64,000 nucleotides of DNA from an uncultured Planctomycetota bacterium (GTDB lineage Bacteria; Planctomycetota; SKW154; DAOVDS01), in assembly GCA_964641955.1 (NCBI GenBank), contig CAZXNM010000018.1, positions 25,620 to 89,619 on the forward strand, read 5' to 3'. Positions 1-10,226 of the stretch are shown piece by piece. Positions within the stretch are counted from its first letter, which is position 1. Each line of letters starts with the position of its first letter. The translations under genes were made by a program, and so were the position numbers. Below the pieces are notes generated by a model. That model did not search any database. It was not told the origin of the DNA and saw only the letters and a program-made list of their open reading frames with translations.

Positions 1-689
1 AGCTGGCGAGCCCGCTCCATCAGCTCGCGCGCTTTGTCGTGGTCGCCGTTTTCCTTCGCCTCGGCGGCTTCCCTGTGCAGTTTCTCTATCTGGTTCTGCG
101 CACGCTTGAGCTTGGCTGCCATCTCGGGCGGAAACTCCGGCTTCTCGCGCTCAGGTCTCTCCCGTCTTTCTCGCTCGGGGCGCTTCTCCGGTTTCTCGCC
201 CCGCTCGGGTCTTTCACGCCGCTCACGCGTCTCCGGCCTGTCTTTCGGCAGGTGCTGGCTCAAGCGGTCAATCTCCTTAAGCAGCTTCTCGCACTCTTTG
301 AGCAGCTCGAGGGCTTCATCCTTTTTGCCTTGCTTCTCAGCTGCTTCGGCCTTACGCAGTAGCTGGGCGAGTTCGCGCTCCATCTGCGCAATCTGCTCGG
401 GCGTGACCCTGGGCTCTTCCCTGCGCGGCTTTTCCTTCTCGGGGCGCGCGGCTTCGAGCCTGCGCTTGAGCTGTTCGACTTGCTGGCGAAGCTGCTGCGC
501 CCTGCGCTCGTTGCCTTCTTCCTCGGCCTGCTCGGCGGCCCGGAGCAGTTCCTGTATGCGCTCCTTGGCCTGATCGATATCCCTCGGTCCCTCTCTTCGT
601 GGCCTGTCCGGCCTGGGCGGGCGCTCCTGCGCATACAGCATGCTCCCCGCCAGTACAAGCACTGCGGCCGCAATCAGAATCTTCCTCAC
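1..689 (-). CDS. Secreted coiled-coil/charged hypothetical protein, running off the window edge (3' end missing)
   Basis: Not in the ORF track because it is open-ended. Manual translation from GTG at 689, preceded by SD AGGAGG, gives MRKILIAAAVLVLAGSMLYAQERPPRPDRPRREGPRD..., a signal peptide with an AxA site followed by E/R/K-rich helices. The frame is open to position 3. Confidence 0.75.
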   Translation of the reverse strand, partial: MRKILIAAAVLVLAGSMLYAQERPPRPDRPRREGPRDIDQAKERIQELLRAAEQAEEEGNERRAQQLRQQVEQLKRRLEAARPEKEKPRREEPRVTPEQIAQMERELAQLLRKAEAAEKQGKKDEALELLKECEKLLKEIDRLSQHLPKDRPETRERRERPERGEKPEKRPERERRERPEREKPEFPPEMAAKLKRAQNQIEKLHREAAEAKENGDHDKARELMERARQ

Positions 690-1332
690 CGCCTCCTCCT
701 TTCAGACATGAGACGCCGGATTCGTCCTTCACTACGCATCAATAACGCGCCTGCATCGATGATTATTGTGCAGCCGGAAATAAATGTCAATACGGTTCGG
801 CTGGCAGCCGGTAATCAGTGACAGGCTCCCGGTCTCATCATTCTTTTCAATCCATAACTCGAAACCCACAACTATGAATCAGTAAGCAGTATCCAGTAGC
901 GAGTACACAGGGCATTCAAATCGAGAATCGGACTTGTAAACTGATTTGGTGCTATCAAAGGACTTGCGTCGTATTTTTACAAAAAATTCCTTCATAGTGC
1001 CCCTCAGTAGTATGCCACAATAATCAACCTTCTGGGCGTAACACGCGATGGTTAAAGAAGATGCAGAAACAGGTCTCCTCGCCGGAGGCAGGCAGGGTCT
1101 TGTAAAATCAGTAGACGGCAGACCATAAACGGCAGACAGGGCGCGCGCAATGCTTTGCGCATTAAGATGTTATGACGATTTCAGGGCATTCGCAAATTGG
1201 CAGATTGAGATACTTGCCTTCAGAGTCGGGAGAACAGAGTGTTTTTCACATCTCATTGGGACATTGGTGTCGCGAAGTTCTGCCAGAGTTGATTTCCGGG
1301 AAGCATTGGTGCTATGATGTATTCAGGGGAAT

Positions 1333-3306
1333 ATGATGAAAGCGACTGTCTGTATCATACTTGCATTCATCGGCCTTCTAGCCGGGTGTTCGGAGACACA
1401 GGAAGAGAAGATACAGGGACTGCTCCGGGAGATAGAGGTCAAGAGCTGGGATGATTCCCGGGACTCGGCAAGCGAGTTGGAAGATATCGGCAAGCCCGCC
1501 GTTCCATATCTGCTGAAAGCACTGAAGAGCGAGAGCGCGGATGTAAGAGGATGTGTAATACAGATTCTCTGCACGATGAATGTTCTCCACGATATCGACC
1601 AAGTTGCTGCTTGCAGGGAGATAGTCCCTCTGCTGGACGATGCGGATGACAACGTGCGCGCTCAGGCGGCGCGGGCGCTCGGGCTTATGGGCGAGAGGAG
1701 AGCTGTCAAGCGCCTTATCGAGCTTCTGAAAGACTCCAACAAGTGGGTCCGCCAGCAGGCGGCGGGTGCGTTGGGCGACCTGCGTGAAACAGGCGCGGCA
1801 GGTCCTCTTATCGAAGTGCTGGAAACGGACAACGACTACATGACGCGCAGCCATGCTGCCGAAGCCCTCGGCGAGCTCAGAGAAAAAAGCGCAATCCCCG
1901 CACTTGCCGAGGCGCTCGGGCACGGGCACTACCAGGTCAGAAACGAAGTCGCCGAAGCGCTGAGGGAAATCGGCGAAGATTCCTATGAGCATGTCGTGAA
2001 GGTCCTGAAGACCGGCAATGATGATGGGCGCTGGTATGCTGCATTAATATTGGCTGGCTTGAAGGGTAAAAGCGCGGTGAAACCGCTGTGCGAAGCGCTC
2101 AAAGACAAGTATCCTCTCGTCCGCGAGGCGGCTGCGAAATCGCTCGGCAGCCTCGGTTTCACAGAAGCGGTCGGGCCGCTTATCAGCCTTCTTGCCGACG
2201 ATAACTACAACGTCAGGGGGGCCACGGCCGAGGCGCTCGGTAAACTCAGAGATGAGAAAGCCGTTCCCGCCCTCGCCGGAGTGCTCGAAAACAAGCTGGA
2301 GAAATGGCATGTGCGCGTGGATGCCGCAGTGGCTCTCGGGGAGATAGGCGACGGGAGCGCAGTACCGAGCCTCATCAGAGCGCTGAAATGCGAGCACTCG
2401 AACATCAGGGGCTGCGCGGCAAAGGCACTTGGGGAAATCGGCGATGCGAGCGCAGCGAAGGCGTTGATAGATGCTCTCGAAACTACACCGCATACTGCGG
2501 CGATTGCGCTCGGGCAGCTCAGGGAAGAATCTGCAACCGTACGCCTCATTGAGCTTTGGAAAAAGGGATACATTGGCCCGGAGGAACCGAAAGGTTCTTG
2601 CGCCTTCATGGAGATGCCGCAGGCCAGGCTCGACGCCGCGTACGCGCTCTTCAAGATAACTGGTGACCGCAAGTACCTGAAAAACCTTGTAGATGCCCTG
2701 AAAAGCAACGAATGGTATGAACACAGATGCGCTGCGGAACTGCTCGGGATGCTCAGGCAAAAGAGCACCGCCGGGCCGCTCGTTATGAGATTCAAGGAAC
2801 GCGCGAAAACCACATCAGATGTCGAACTGCAGGACATGCCTTCCTATTGGGAAGCTCTGGCGAACATGGGTGAACTTGCAGTAGAACCTCTGATGAGTTT
2901 GTTGGATGACAAGAACGAGCTTGTACGTTTTCGCACAGTAGGTGTACTCAGTAGTATTTGCGATAAAAGGGCGGTTGAGCCGCTCATAGAAAGACTGAGC
3001 GATGAGTCCGAGCATGTTCGAAGGCAGGCTGCCGATGCCCTCGGCGACCTCGGTGATTGCAGGGCGGTCGAGCCGCTGGTCAGGATAATCGAGGGCGGCG
3101 GCAGGGGAATGCTCTACGCAAGCGCCATATCCCTGGGCAAGCTCGGCGATAAGCGCGCAGTCGGACCGCTGGTGGAGCTTCTGCGGCACAGGACAGGCTA
3201 CGTTCGCGGTGCGGCGGCGAAGGCGCTCAGGAAGCTGACGAATCAGGATTTCGGCTTCGACTATGATAAATGGAAAGCCTGGCACAAGAAGAATAAAGAT
3301 AAGTAA
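1333..3306 (+). CDS. HEAT-repeat (PBS lyase HEAT-like) lipoprotein, 657 aa
   Basis: Lipobox LLAG-C. About 15 repeats of the VRxxAAxALGxxG...AVxPLxxxL type. C-terminal cap LRKLTNQDFGFDYDKWKAW. Confidence 0.9.
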   Translation: MMKATVCIILAFIGLLAGCSETQEEKIQGLLREIEVKSWDDSRDSASELEDIGKPAVPYLLKALKSESADVRGCVIQILCTMNVLHDIDQVAACREIVPLLDDADDNVRAQAARALGLMGERRAVKRLIELLKDSNKWVRQQAAGALGDLRETGAAGPLIEVLETDNDYMTRSHAAEALGELREKSAIPALAEALGHGHYQVRNEVAEALREIGEDSYEHVVKVLKTGNDDGRWYAALILAGLKGKSAVKPLCEALKDKYPLVREAAAKSLGSLGFTEAVGPLISLLADDNYNVRGATAEALGKLRDEKAVPALAGVLENKLEKWHVRVDAAVALGEIGDGSAVPSLIRALKCEHSNIRGCAAKALGEIGDASAAKALIDALETTPHTAAIALGQLREESATVRLIELWKKGYIGPEEPKGSCAFMEMPQARLDAAYALFKITGDRKYLKNLVDALKSNEWYEHRCAAELLGMLRQKSTAGPLVMRFKERAKTTSDVELQDMPSYWEALANMGELAVEPLMSLLDDKNELVRFRTVGVLSSICDKRAVEPLIERLSDESEHVRRQAADALGDLGDCRAVEPLVRIIEGGGRGMLYASAISLGKLGDKRAVGPLVELLRHRTGYVRGAAAKALRKLTNQDFGFDYDKWKAWHKKNKDK

Positions 3307-3309
3307 CAG

Positions 3310-5037
3310 TTATTTCTTCTTGCGGGCGGCGTACCAATCGGACCATGCCTTGTAAGTCTTGCCGGGGTTCTGGCGGGTGATTTTCCTGAGCGTGTCGTGG
3401 GCGAGGCCGCGGGCGAATTCATCCTTATCTTTGAGCATTTCGATAAGCGGCTCCACGGCTGCCATACCGAACCGCTTCAGCTCGTTTGCAGCCACGAAAC
3501 GCGAGCCCTGGTCCCTGAGCTTCGCAATAAGAGGCTTTATGGCTCTCTCGTCGCCTATTCTGCCCAGCGCCTCCGCCGCCCGGCACCGAACGAGCCATGA
3601 TTTGTCGTCCAGAGCCTTGATAAGCGGCTTGAGAGCTTCCCTGCTGCTGGTCGCGCCAAGCGCCTTCGCCGCTTCTTCGCGTACTCCCTGCTCCTTGTGA
3701 TCCAGGCCACGAACCAGTGTCCCGACCACTGCTTCACCGAAGCAGGCAAGGTCCTCGGCGACAAAGGAGGATGCATGCTCATCCGCCAGAAAAGCCTCGG
3801 ACATGGGTTTTATGGCCTTCGGGTCACCTATAAGGCCCAGTGATTGCGAAACATGAATGCGGACTTCGATGTCCTCGTCCTTGAGAAGAGCAATCAGGGG
3901 ACCGACTGCTTTTTTGTCGCGAATGTCTCCGAGTGCCTGTGCCGCGATGCTGCGAACTTCCGGAAGCTCGTCCTTCAAGGCTTCGATGAACGGCTCCAGG
4001 GATGTTCCGTCATGCATTTTCCGCAGGGATTGCACTGCGTTGTAGCGCACGAACCACGACTTGTCCTTGAGCATCGGAATCAAGGCTCTGACCGTATCCG
4101 CGCCGGGCATGCCGCCCAGTTCTTCCGCAATGGCGCCGCGGACATCGGCGTCGTTCTCTTTCATGAGCATTTCAAGCAGCAGTTTCTTCGCTTCTGTCGG
4201 GACTATCTCTGCAAGCGCCTGGACGGCTGTTGTACGCACGGTGGCATCATCATCTTTCAACAACTCTTTCAGAGGCTTAACGGCAGCTTTATTGCCTGAC
4301 AGACGCATGGCATAAGCTGCCCACTCCCGAGCAGAGGCGCTCTTATAGAGGCAGACTTTCGCAAGGTGGGCAATTGCAGGTGTACCGATTGTGGAAAGCG
4401 CTTTTGCCGCCATATGGGCCTTGTTCGTGTCAGTATGACCAAGAAGTTCCGCCAGGTATGGGATTGAGTCTTCTCCTAACCGCACCAGGGCCTCAGACGC
4501 CACCCAGTCAGCATTGGGCATGCCGGCTTCTTCGAGTATGATGACGGGTCCACTGCTGGATTGGCATACAGTCCCGATTGTCTCGCGCATGAGAATTGCC
4601 GTAAACAATCCCGCGGCATCTTCTGAGTGCAGCTTATCAACTGCCCTGAGTGCGTGGCAGAGCTGTTCATCGGGGCCGTTCTCGCAGAGCCTGGTAATAT
4701 TGGGCACAGCTTTCAGTATATCCGGCGTTATTCTGTACTTGTCGTAGAGCCTGAGTATTCGCTTCAAGCGGACTTCGATTTCTTCATCGCCGGTGGTCTT
4801 GCGCGTTTCCTGCGCCATCTCGAGCGCGAGGGCAGAGCCGGATTCGAGCAGCTTGATGAGTTCCTGGTGCGCGCTTTCGCGCTCGCGCCATTCTTCGGAG
4901 CTGAGGCCGGTCAGCAGTTTGGATATTTTCGCCTTTTCTTTCTCCGCTTCCCGGTTTTTGGCAGGCTGCTTTTCCTGCGCGTGCGTGAGGTTCACCGCCA
5001 GAAACATCACCGCTGCTATAAGGAGTGCCTTTCTCAT
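3310..5037 (-). CDS. Secreted HEAT-repeat protein
   Basis: Start moved to ATG 5037 (SD GGAG; signal peptide MRKALLIAAVMFLAVNLTHA-Q). Many HEAT repeats. C-terminal cap LRKITRQNPGKTYKAWSDW. Confidence 0.88.
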   Translation of the reverse strand: MRKALLIAAVMFLAVNLTHAQEKQPAKNREAEKEKAKISKLLTGLSSEEWRERESAHQELIKLLESGSALALEMAQETRKTTGDEEIEVRLKRILRLYDKYRITPDILKAVPNITRLCENGPDEQLCHALRAVDKLHSEDAAGLFTAILMRETIGTVCQSSSGPVIILEEAGMPNADWVASEALVRLGEDSIPYLAELLGHTDTNKAHMAAKALSTIGTPAIAHLAKVCLYKSASAREWAAYAMRLSGNKAAVKPLKELLKDDDATVRTTAVQALAEIVPTEAKKLLLEMLMKENDADVRGAIAEELGGMPGADTVRALIPMLKDKSWFVRYNAVQSLRKMHDGTSLEPFIEALKDELPEVRSIAAQALGDIRDKKAVGPLIALLKDEDIEVRIHVSQSLGLIGDPKAIKPMSEAFLADEHASSFVAEDLACFGEAVVGTLVRGLDHKEQGVREEAAKALGATSSREALKPLIKALDDKSWLVRCRAAEALGRIGDERAIKPLIAKLRDQGSRFVAANELKRFGMAAVEPLIEMLKDKDEFARGLAHDTLRKITRQNPGKTYKAWSDWYAARKKK

Positions 5038-5193
5038 GCAGATACTCCGCAAATCCTGACGCTAAAAGTATACAACCGGCGCGTTTGCAGATGCAAAGGA
5101 GGGCAACATGGTTAATGCTTGACAGGGCCGAACGGAACTCTAAGCTTTCCGTATTGACAGTGCACAGGGCGACATGGCTCAAGGGGTGAAGCG

Positions 5194-6060
5194 TTGCCTG
5201 CTGAAGTCAACGGGCAGGACAAGCGAGAAAAAAGCAGGAGAAGTGTTGGACGCATTGTCAGGAGAGCGGCTATCACCGCGGTGGTTGTCTACGGAATTCT
5301 CCTGGTTGCGGCTATTATCTTTCAGAAGCGTATGACGTACTATCCACAGAAGCTTGATAAATCCGTGGACCTGATGCTTAAGCCGGGTGACAGGGAAGTA
5401 TGGATTGATGTCAAGGATGTCGGCAGAATCCACGGTATCCACCACCCGGCGCCTGAGGGTGCGCGTACCATTCTCTTCCTGCACGGGAACGCCGGCAGCG
5501 TGCTGACCTGGCGGGTTCTTCACGACCAGCTTGGCAAGCTCGGCACCGGCGTGCTGACAATCGACTATCCCGGCTACGGCAAGAGCGAGGGAACGCCGTC
5601 GGAAGAGGCGCTGTACGCCTCGGCGCGCGCCGCCGTGAAGTTCCTGAATAACTCTGGAATAGAGGACGGGAGCATCATCCTTTTCGGCAAATCGCTCGGA
5701 ACCGGCGTCGCAGTGGAAGTCGCATCCACGGAAAAGTTCGCGGGCCTGATTCTCGAATCTCCGTTCACGGACATTGCCTCGGTGGGGCAGGAGCATTTCT
5801 GGTTCCTGCCGGTGCGGTTCCTGCTGAGCGAGAAATATGACAGCCTCTCGAAGATTGGGCGGGTCGAGTGCCCGCTCCTCGTCATTGTCGGAACGGGTGA
5901 CACGCTCGTTTCTCCGGGGCTGTCGGAAGAGCTATTCTCCGCCGCGAACCAGCCGAAGGAATACCTCGAAATCGCGGGCGCGGGCCACAACGACATCCAG
6001 TCCGTCGGCGCAGAGCGCTACTGGGACAGCTTTTCATATTGGCTCAAGCAGTTGAAATAG
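5194..6060 (+). CDS. Alpha/beta hydrolase (ABHD12/13, Bem46-like) with an N-terminal TM helix
   Basis: LFLHGNAG, DYPGYGKSEG, nucleophile elbow GKSLG, Asp in GTGDTLV, His in AGHND. TTG start. Confidence 0.88.
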   Translation: MPAEVNGQDKREKSRRSVGRIVRRAAITAVVVYGILLVAAIIFQKRMTYYPQKLDKSVDLMLKPGDREVWIDVKDVGRIHGIHHPAPEGARTILFLHGNAGSVLTWRVLHDQLGKLGTGVLTIDYPGYGKSEGTPSEEALYASARAAVKFLNNSGIEDGSIILFGKSLGTGVAVEVASTEKFAGLILESPFTDIASVGQEHFWFLPVRFLLSEKYDSLSKIGRVECPLLVIVGTGDTLVSPGLSEELFSAANQPKEYLEIAGAGHNDIQSVGAERYWDSFSYWLKQLK

Positions 6061-6223
6061 GCTGCTGCGAGAATATTCCGGCTGCCGATTACGGCGGAAT
6101 TTATCTAAATTCTCAGGATAAATTTGACAGGCCAATTGTATGGATGATAAGGTATGTCGAGTTTGTTTCGCATTGCGGGCGTGTGGCTGAGAAAATCCTT
6201 GAGAACGGAAAGGAGAAAGTGTC

Positions 6224-6601
6224 ATGGCCGAGAAGCTTCAGATTTACAAGTGCGGGGCGTGCGGGAACATTGTCGAGGTCCTGCACGGAGGCAAGGGACA
6301 GCTTGTCTGCTGCGGCGCACCGATGAATCTCTATACGGAGAACACGACCGACGCCGCCACGGAGAAGCACGTGCCGGTAGTCGAAAAGGCGGGCGAGGGC
6401 ACGCTTGCGAAGGTCGGGAGCGTGGCGCACCCCATGGAGGAGAAGCATTACATCGAATGGATTGAGATGATAACCGCCGACGGGAAGGCGGTTCGCCAGT
6501 TCCTGAAGCCGGGCGATGCGCCGCAGGCCGGGTTCTGCGAGGGACCGGAAGGGGCAGTGGTGCGCGAGTACTGCAACGTGCACGGCCTGTGGAAGGCATA
6601 G
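6224..6601 (+). CDS. dfx: Desulfoferrodoxin (2Fe superoxide reductase)
   Basis: Desulforedoxin domain [12 protein letters not shown]...VCCG. SOR motifs [17 protein letters not shown] and [15 protein letters not shown]. Confidence 0.95.
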   Translation: MAEKLQIYKCGACGNIVEVLHGGKGQLVCCGAPMNLYTENTTDAATEKHVPVVEKAGEGTLAKVGSVAHPMEEKHYIEWIEMITADGKAVRQFLKPGDAPQAGFCEGPEGAVVREYCNVHGLWKA

Positions 6602-6686
6602 CCGCAGTCTGACGATAGAGAGATAACGATGCCGGGGTGTGCAGCGAATGACTGCGTGCCCCGGTCCTGCTGTCAGGGGGAAGCTC

Positions 6687-8198
6687 GTGAGGATAAATGT
6701 TTTTGCCATAGCGGCGGCGATTGGCCTTATTGTGGTTTTCGAGGTCGCCGGACAGCCAGAAACTGAGGAGAAGCCGGTCAGCGAGGCGACCGGGGAATGC
6801 CTCGACTGCCATGAGGTGGTCAGCCCGGGAATCGTGGCCGACTGGCGCCGCAGCAGGCACGCGAAGACGACCCCCGCCGAAGCGCTCAAGAAGGAGAAAC
6901 TCGAAAAGCGGGTCTCTTCGCAGGAAATTCCCGACGCGCTCTCGGGCGTCGTGGTGGGCTGCGCGGAGTGCCACAAGCTGAACCCCGGCAGCCACAAGGA
7001 CACGTTCGAGCACAGCGAACACAAGGTTCACACGGTCGTCACGCCCGCCGACTGCGCTGTCTGTCACAAGGTCGAGGCGGAGCAGTACGGCATGAACATC
7101 ATGGCGCACGCCTACGGCAACCTGAAGAACAACCCGGTCTTCCAGAGCCTTGAAAAATCTATAAACGGCCCGCAGTCATACGAAAACGGCAGGTTCTCCG
7201 AGAGCGATGCCGATTCGCTGACCGGCGAGGATTCGTGCTACGTCTGCCACGGGACGGAAATCACCGTGAAAGGTGCAAAGAAGGTCGAGACTGACTTCGG
7301 CGAGATGCAGTTTCCCGTCCTCGGGGGCTGGCCGAACCAGGGCACCGGCAGGCTGAACCCGGACGGCAGCATGGGGGCGTGCACGTCCTGCCACCCGCGC
7401 CACGTGTTCTCGATCGAGGTCGCGCGAAAGCCATACACGTGCTCGCAATGCCACAAGGGGCCCGACGTCCCCGCCTACAAGGTCTACGAGGTGAGCAAGC
7501 ATGGGAACATCTTCAAGTCGGCCGGCGGGAAGTGGGATTTCGCGGCGGTTCCATGGAAAGTAGGCAAAGATTTCACTGTGCCGACATGCGCGGGATGCCA
7601 CGTGAGCCTTGTCACGAGCGACGGGGAAGTTATCGCGGAACGCACTCACCGGATGAACGACAGGCTGGGCTGGCGGCTGTTCGGAGTAATATACGCCCAC
7701 CCGCACCCGAAATCCCCCGATACGTCGAAAATCAAGAACAGGGCGGGCCTGCCGCTCCCCACGGAGCTTACCGGCGAGCCTGCCGCGGAGTTCGTCATTG
7801 ATGCCAAAGAGAAGGCGAAGCGAGACGGGGCGATGCGAAAGGTCTGCGCCGCGTGTCACAGCGCGGGTTGGGTTGACGGACATTTCGCGCGCCTTGACAG
7901 GGCTGTCGAGACGACGAACAGGATGACCCTGGCCGCAACGAAGGTCCTGCTCGAAGCGTGGGAGAAAGGCGCGGCGAAGGGACTTGCGCAGGATGACAGC
8001 ATTTTCAACGAGCCCATCGAGAAAAAGTGGGTCGAGCAGTGGCTTTTCTATGCGAACTCGACGCGCTTTGCATCGGCGATGGCAGGCGCTGACCTGGGCG
8101 TGTTCGCAGGCGGACGCTGGCATTTGAGCAGGAATCTCCGGGAGATGTCCGACTGGCTTGAGTTAAAGATGATGAAGTATAACAAAGAGGGAAAATAG
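6687..8198 (+). CDS. Octaheme cytochrome c of the hydroxylamine oxidoreductase (HAO) family
   Basis: Eight CxxCH motifs: CLDCH, CAECH, CAVCH, CYVCH, CTSCH, CSQCH, CAGCH, CAACH. HAO-family segments WPNQGTGRLNPDGSMGACTSCH and CHKGPDVP..VYEVSKHG. Likely GTG start at 6687 (SD AGGGGG, hydrophobic N-terminus). Confidence 0.9.
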   Translation: MRINVFAIAAAIGLIVVFEVAGQPETEEKPVSEATGECLDCHEVVSPGIVADWRRSRHAKTTPAEALKKEKLEKRVSSQEIPDALSGVVVGCAECHKLNPGSHKDTFEHSEHKVHTVVTPADCAVCHKVEAEQYGMNIMAHAYGNLKNNPVFQSLEKSINGPQSYENGRFSESDADSLTGEDSCYVCHGTEITVKGAKKVETDFGEMQFPVLGGWPNQGTGRLNPDGSMGACTSCHPRHVFSIEVARKPYTCSQCHKGPDVPAYKVYEVSKHGNIFKSAGGKWDFAAVPWKVGKDFTVPTCAGCHVSLVTSDGEVIAERTHRMNDRLGWRLFGVIYAHPHPKSPDTSKIKNRAGLPLPTELTGEPAAEFVIDAKEKAKRDGAMRKVCAACHSAGWVDGHFARLDRAVETTNRMTLAATKVLLEAWEKGAAKGLAQDDSIFNEPIEKKWVEQWLFYANSTRFASAMAGADLGVFAGGRWHLSRNLREMSDWLELKMMKYNKEGK

Positions 8199-8336
8199 TC
8201 GGCCGCTACCTCGCAAACGAAGTGCCTGCGAGAGCGTACAAAGGATGGCGGTTTTGACGTGATATTAGAACTGGCGAAGCGTCTTACGGTATGCTAACAT
8301 ACCGGCGGGCTTGAAATATTGTTCCGGAGGGATCAA

Positions 8337-10109
8337 ATGCATTATCGCAATCTTCTTCTGTTGTTCTCGTTCTGCGTTGTGCTGCTGCTTTTCCTGCCGG
8401 GCGCTGCGCTTGCGGATACTATCTTCAAGACGGACGGCACGCAGCTAAAAGGCAAAATTACCAAGGAGAACGAGGACTATGTCTGGATTGAAACCAGATT
8501 CGGCGTCATGAAGGTGGACAGGCTCGACGTAGACTACATCGAGCGAGGCGGCAACGAGGAAGCGGAAAAGCCGAAGGTAGAAGAAGAGAAACCCGTCAAG
8601 CCGGAGAAGCCTGTCGAGAAAGAGACAATAAAGCCGGTCAAACCCGAAGAACCCGAGAAGCCAGACAAGGCCAAGAAACCGGAGGAGCCGGAAGACAAGC
8701 CGGCGCTCTTCGATGACAAGTTGATGAGCGAAACGAATCTCAAGAAACTCCAGAAGATTTGCCAGGATAGGATGAAGGCATACGAAGGAGTCTCATGGGA
8801 CCAGGCGTACAACCTGACGGTCGAGGGCGGTGGAAGGACGATTTTCAATATCAAGTGCAACAGCACCAAGAAAGTCGCGGAGCACTACAAGTGGCTGCTC
8901 AGCAAGCTTTATTCCAAGTACTGCAAGGTTTTCGCCGCGTTCAGGCCCAGCGCGATACCGTGCAACATTGAGATTTACCGCAACTACACCGAGTTCCGCC
9001 AGGTCAAGGGCGTGCAGCCGGGAGTGGGCGGGTTCTACCAGCCCGGCAGGCACGTGCTGTGCGCCTTCCACGGCACAATGGGCTCGTTGGACACCAAGGG
9101 AGTCCTGGCGCACGAGGGGTGTCATCTTTTCCAGGACCTTATCGGGCTGTTCGGCCGGGGCCGCGGGGGCGGCGGCTGCCCTATCTGGGTGCTCGAGGGC
9201 ATGGCGGTGCTTATGGAGGCAGCCAAGGTCGAGAGGGATGGAGAGATTCACATCAAGGGGGTATCACCCGACCGGCTCCAGAACCTCCAGAACAAGATAA
9301 AGAGCGGCACCGCGATACCTCTTGCAACGGTAATGAGCACGCCCCAGCCGCAGTTCAGGGCGGACCATTACGCGCATGCCGGCATGTTCACGTTCTGGCT
9401 GATTAAGGGCTCGAAGAAGAAGAGCACCGTCGCGCTTTACAACGACTATCTCAAGATTGCCGCGGGCGGCGTGACGAGTTCGGGCGCTACGCTTCGGCCC
9501 GGCAGGATAAACTCGGGCGATTTCGAGCGGCTCTGCCAGGCGCGCGGGACCACCTTGGACAAGCTCGAGGAGCAGTGGAAGAAGTGGGTCATGAAGCAGA
9601 AGATAGAGAGGCCGGGCAGGGTCGAGGGCAACAATTTCGTCTGCGACGAGTACGGTCTGATCGTCTCGAGGCCCGATTCCAAGTGGAAATTCGAGACCAA
9701 GGAAACCCACGGCGCGCTCTGCATGATGACGCACAAGGACATCAAAGGCTGGATTCTTGTCTCCTTAGGCGGGACTTTCGGAACGCCCAAACTGGACGAA
9801 TATCTCGCCATGGGCGACACGATGCGCAAGAACTACATATCGAGGTTCGACCGATACAAGCAGATTTCCCGGGAGACCAAGAAGTTCTTCAAGGATTCTC
9901 TCGACGGCTACGAATCGGTCAGCGAGTATGCCGACAAGGAAAGCCCTCTCACTAAGGAGTTCATGCGGCGCCGCGGCATCAGCGTGTCAATGGTGGACAC
10001 GCTCTACCACATAAGCTGCATGGCGCCCCCGGAAGGGTTCGACGAATACCAGAAGTACTTCGACAAGGTCGTCGCCTCGTTCCGGCTCGACGCCGACAAG
10101 ATCGAGTAG
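8337..10109 (+). CDS. Secreted DUF1570-like/peptidase-MA-like protein with an HExxH motif
   Basis: ATG 8337 with SD GGAGG and a signal peptide. N-terminal beta module DTIFKTDGTQLKGKI, PEK-rich linker, LAHEGCH, and WVLEGMA. Confidence 0.8.
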   Translation: MHYRNLLLLFSFCVVLLLFLPGAALADTIFKTDGTQLKGKITKENEDYVWIETRFGVMKVDRLDVDYIERGGNEEAEKPKVEEEKPVKPEKPVEKETIKPVKPEEPEKPDKAKKPEEPEDKPALFDDKLMSETNLKKLQKICQDRMKAYEGVSWDQAYNLTVEGGGRTIFNIKCNSTKKVAEHYKWLLSKLYSKYCKVFAAFRPSAIPCNIEIYRNYTEFRQVKGVQPGVGGFYQPGRHVLCAFHGTMGSLDTKGVLAHEGCHLFQDLIGLFGRGRGGGGCPIWVLEGMAVLMEAAKVERDGEIHIKGVSPDRLQNLQNKIKSGTAIPLATVMSTPQPQFRADHYAHAGMFTFWLIKGSKKKSTVALYNDYLKIAAGGVTSSGATLRPGRINSGDFERLCQARGTTLDKLEEQWKKWVMKQKIERPGRVEGNNFVCDEYGLIVSRPDSKWKFETKETHGALCMMTHKDIKGWILVSLGGTFGTPKLDEYLAMGDTMRKNYISRFDRYKQISRETKKFFKDSLDGYESVSEYADKESPLTKEFMRRRGISVSMVDTLYHISCMAPPEGFDEYQKYFDKVVASFRLDADKIE

Positions 10110-10155
10110 GCTCCCGGATCTGGGTGCCGGGACAAAATTTCGTTTCCGAAATTCG

Positions 10156-10183
10156 AGGGTCGCGTGAACCGCGGCCCTTTTTC
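10156..10183 (+). terminator. Intrinsic terminator
   Basis: AGGGTCGCG-TGAAC-CGCGGCCCT (9 bp including one U-G pair) followed by TTTTC. Confidence 0.7.
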
Positions 10184-10226
10184 TTGGTCTAAACACCTGA
10201 GACGGCATTTTCTAAGGCAGCTGTTT

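Noticed and set aside
879-995. 38-aa minus-strand small ORF (MKEFFVKIRRKSFDSTK...) in an AT-rich intergenic patch
   Set aside because: The SD spacing is only 4 nt, there is no recognisable motif, and an ORF this short is expected by chance.
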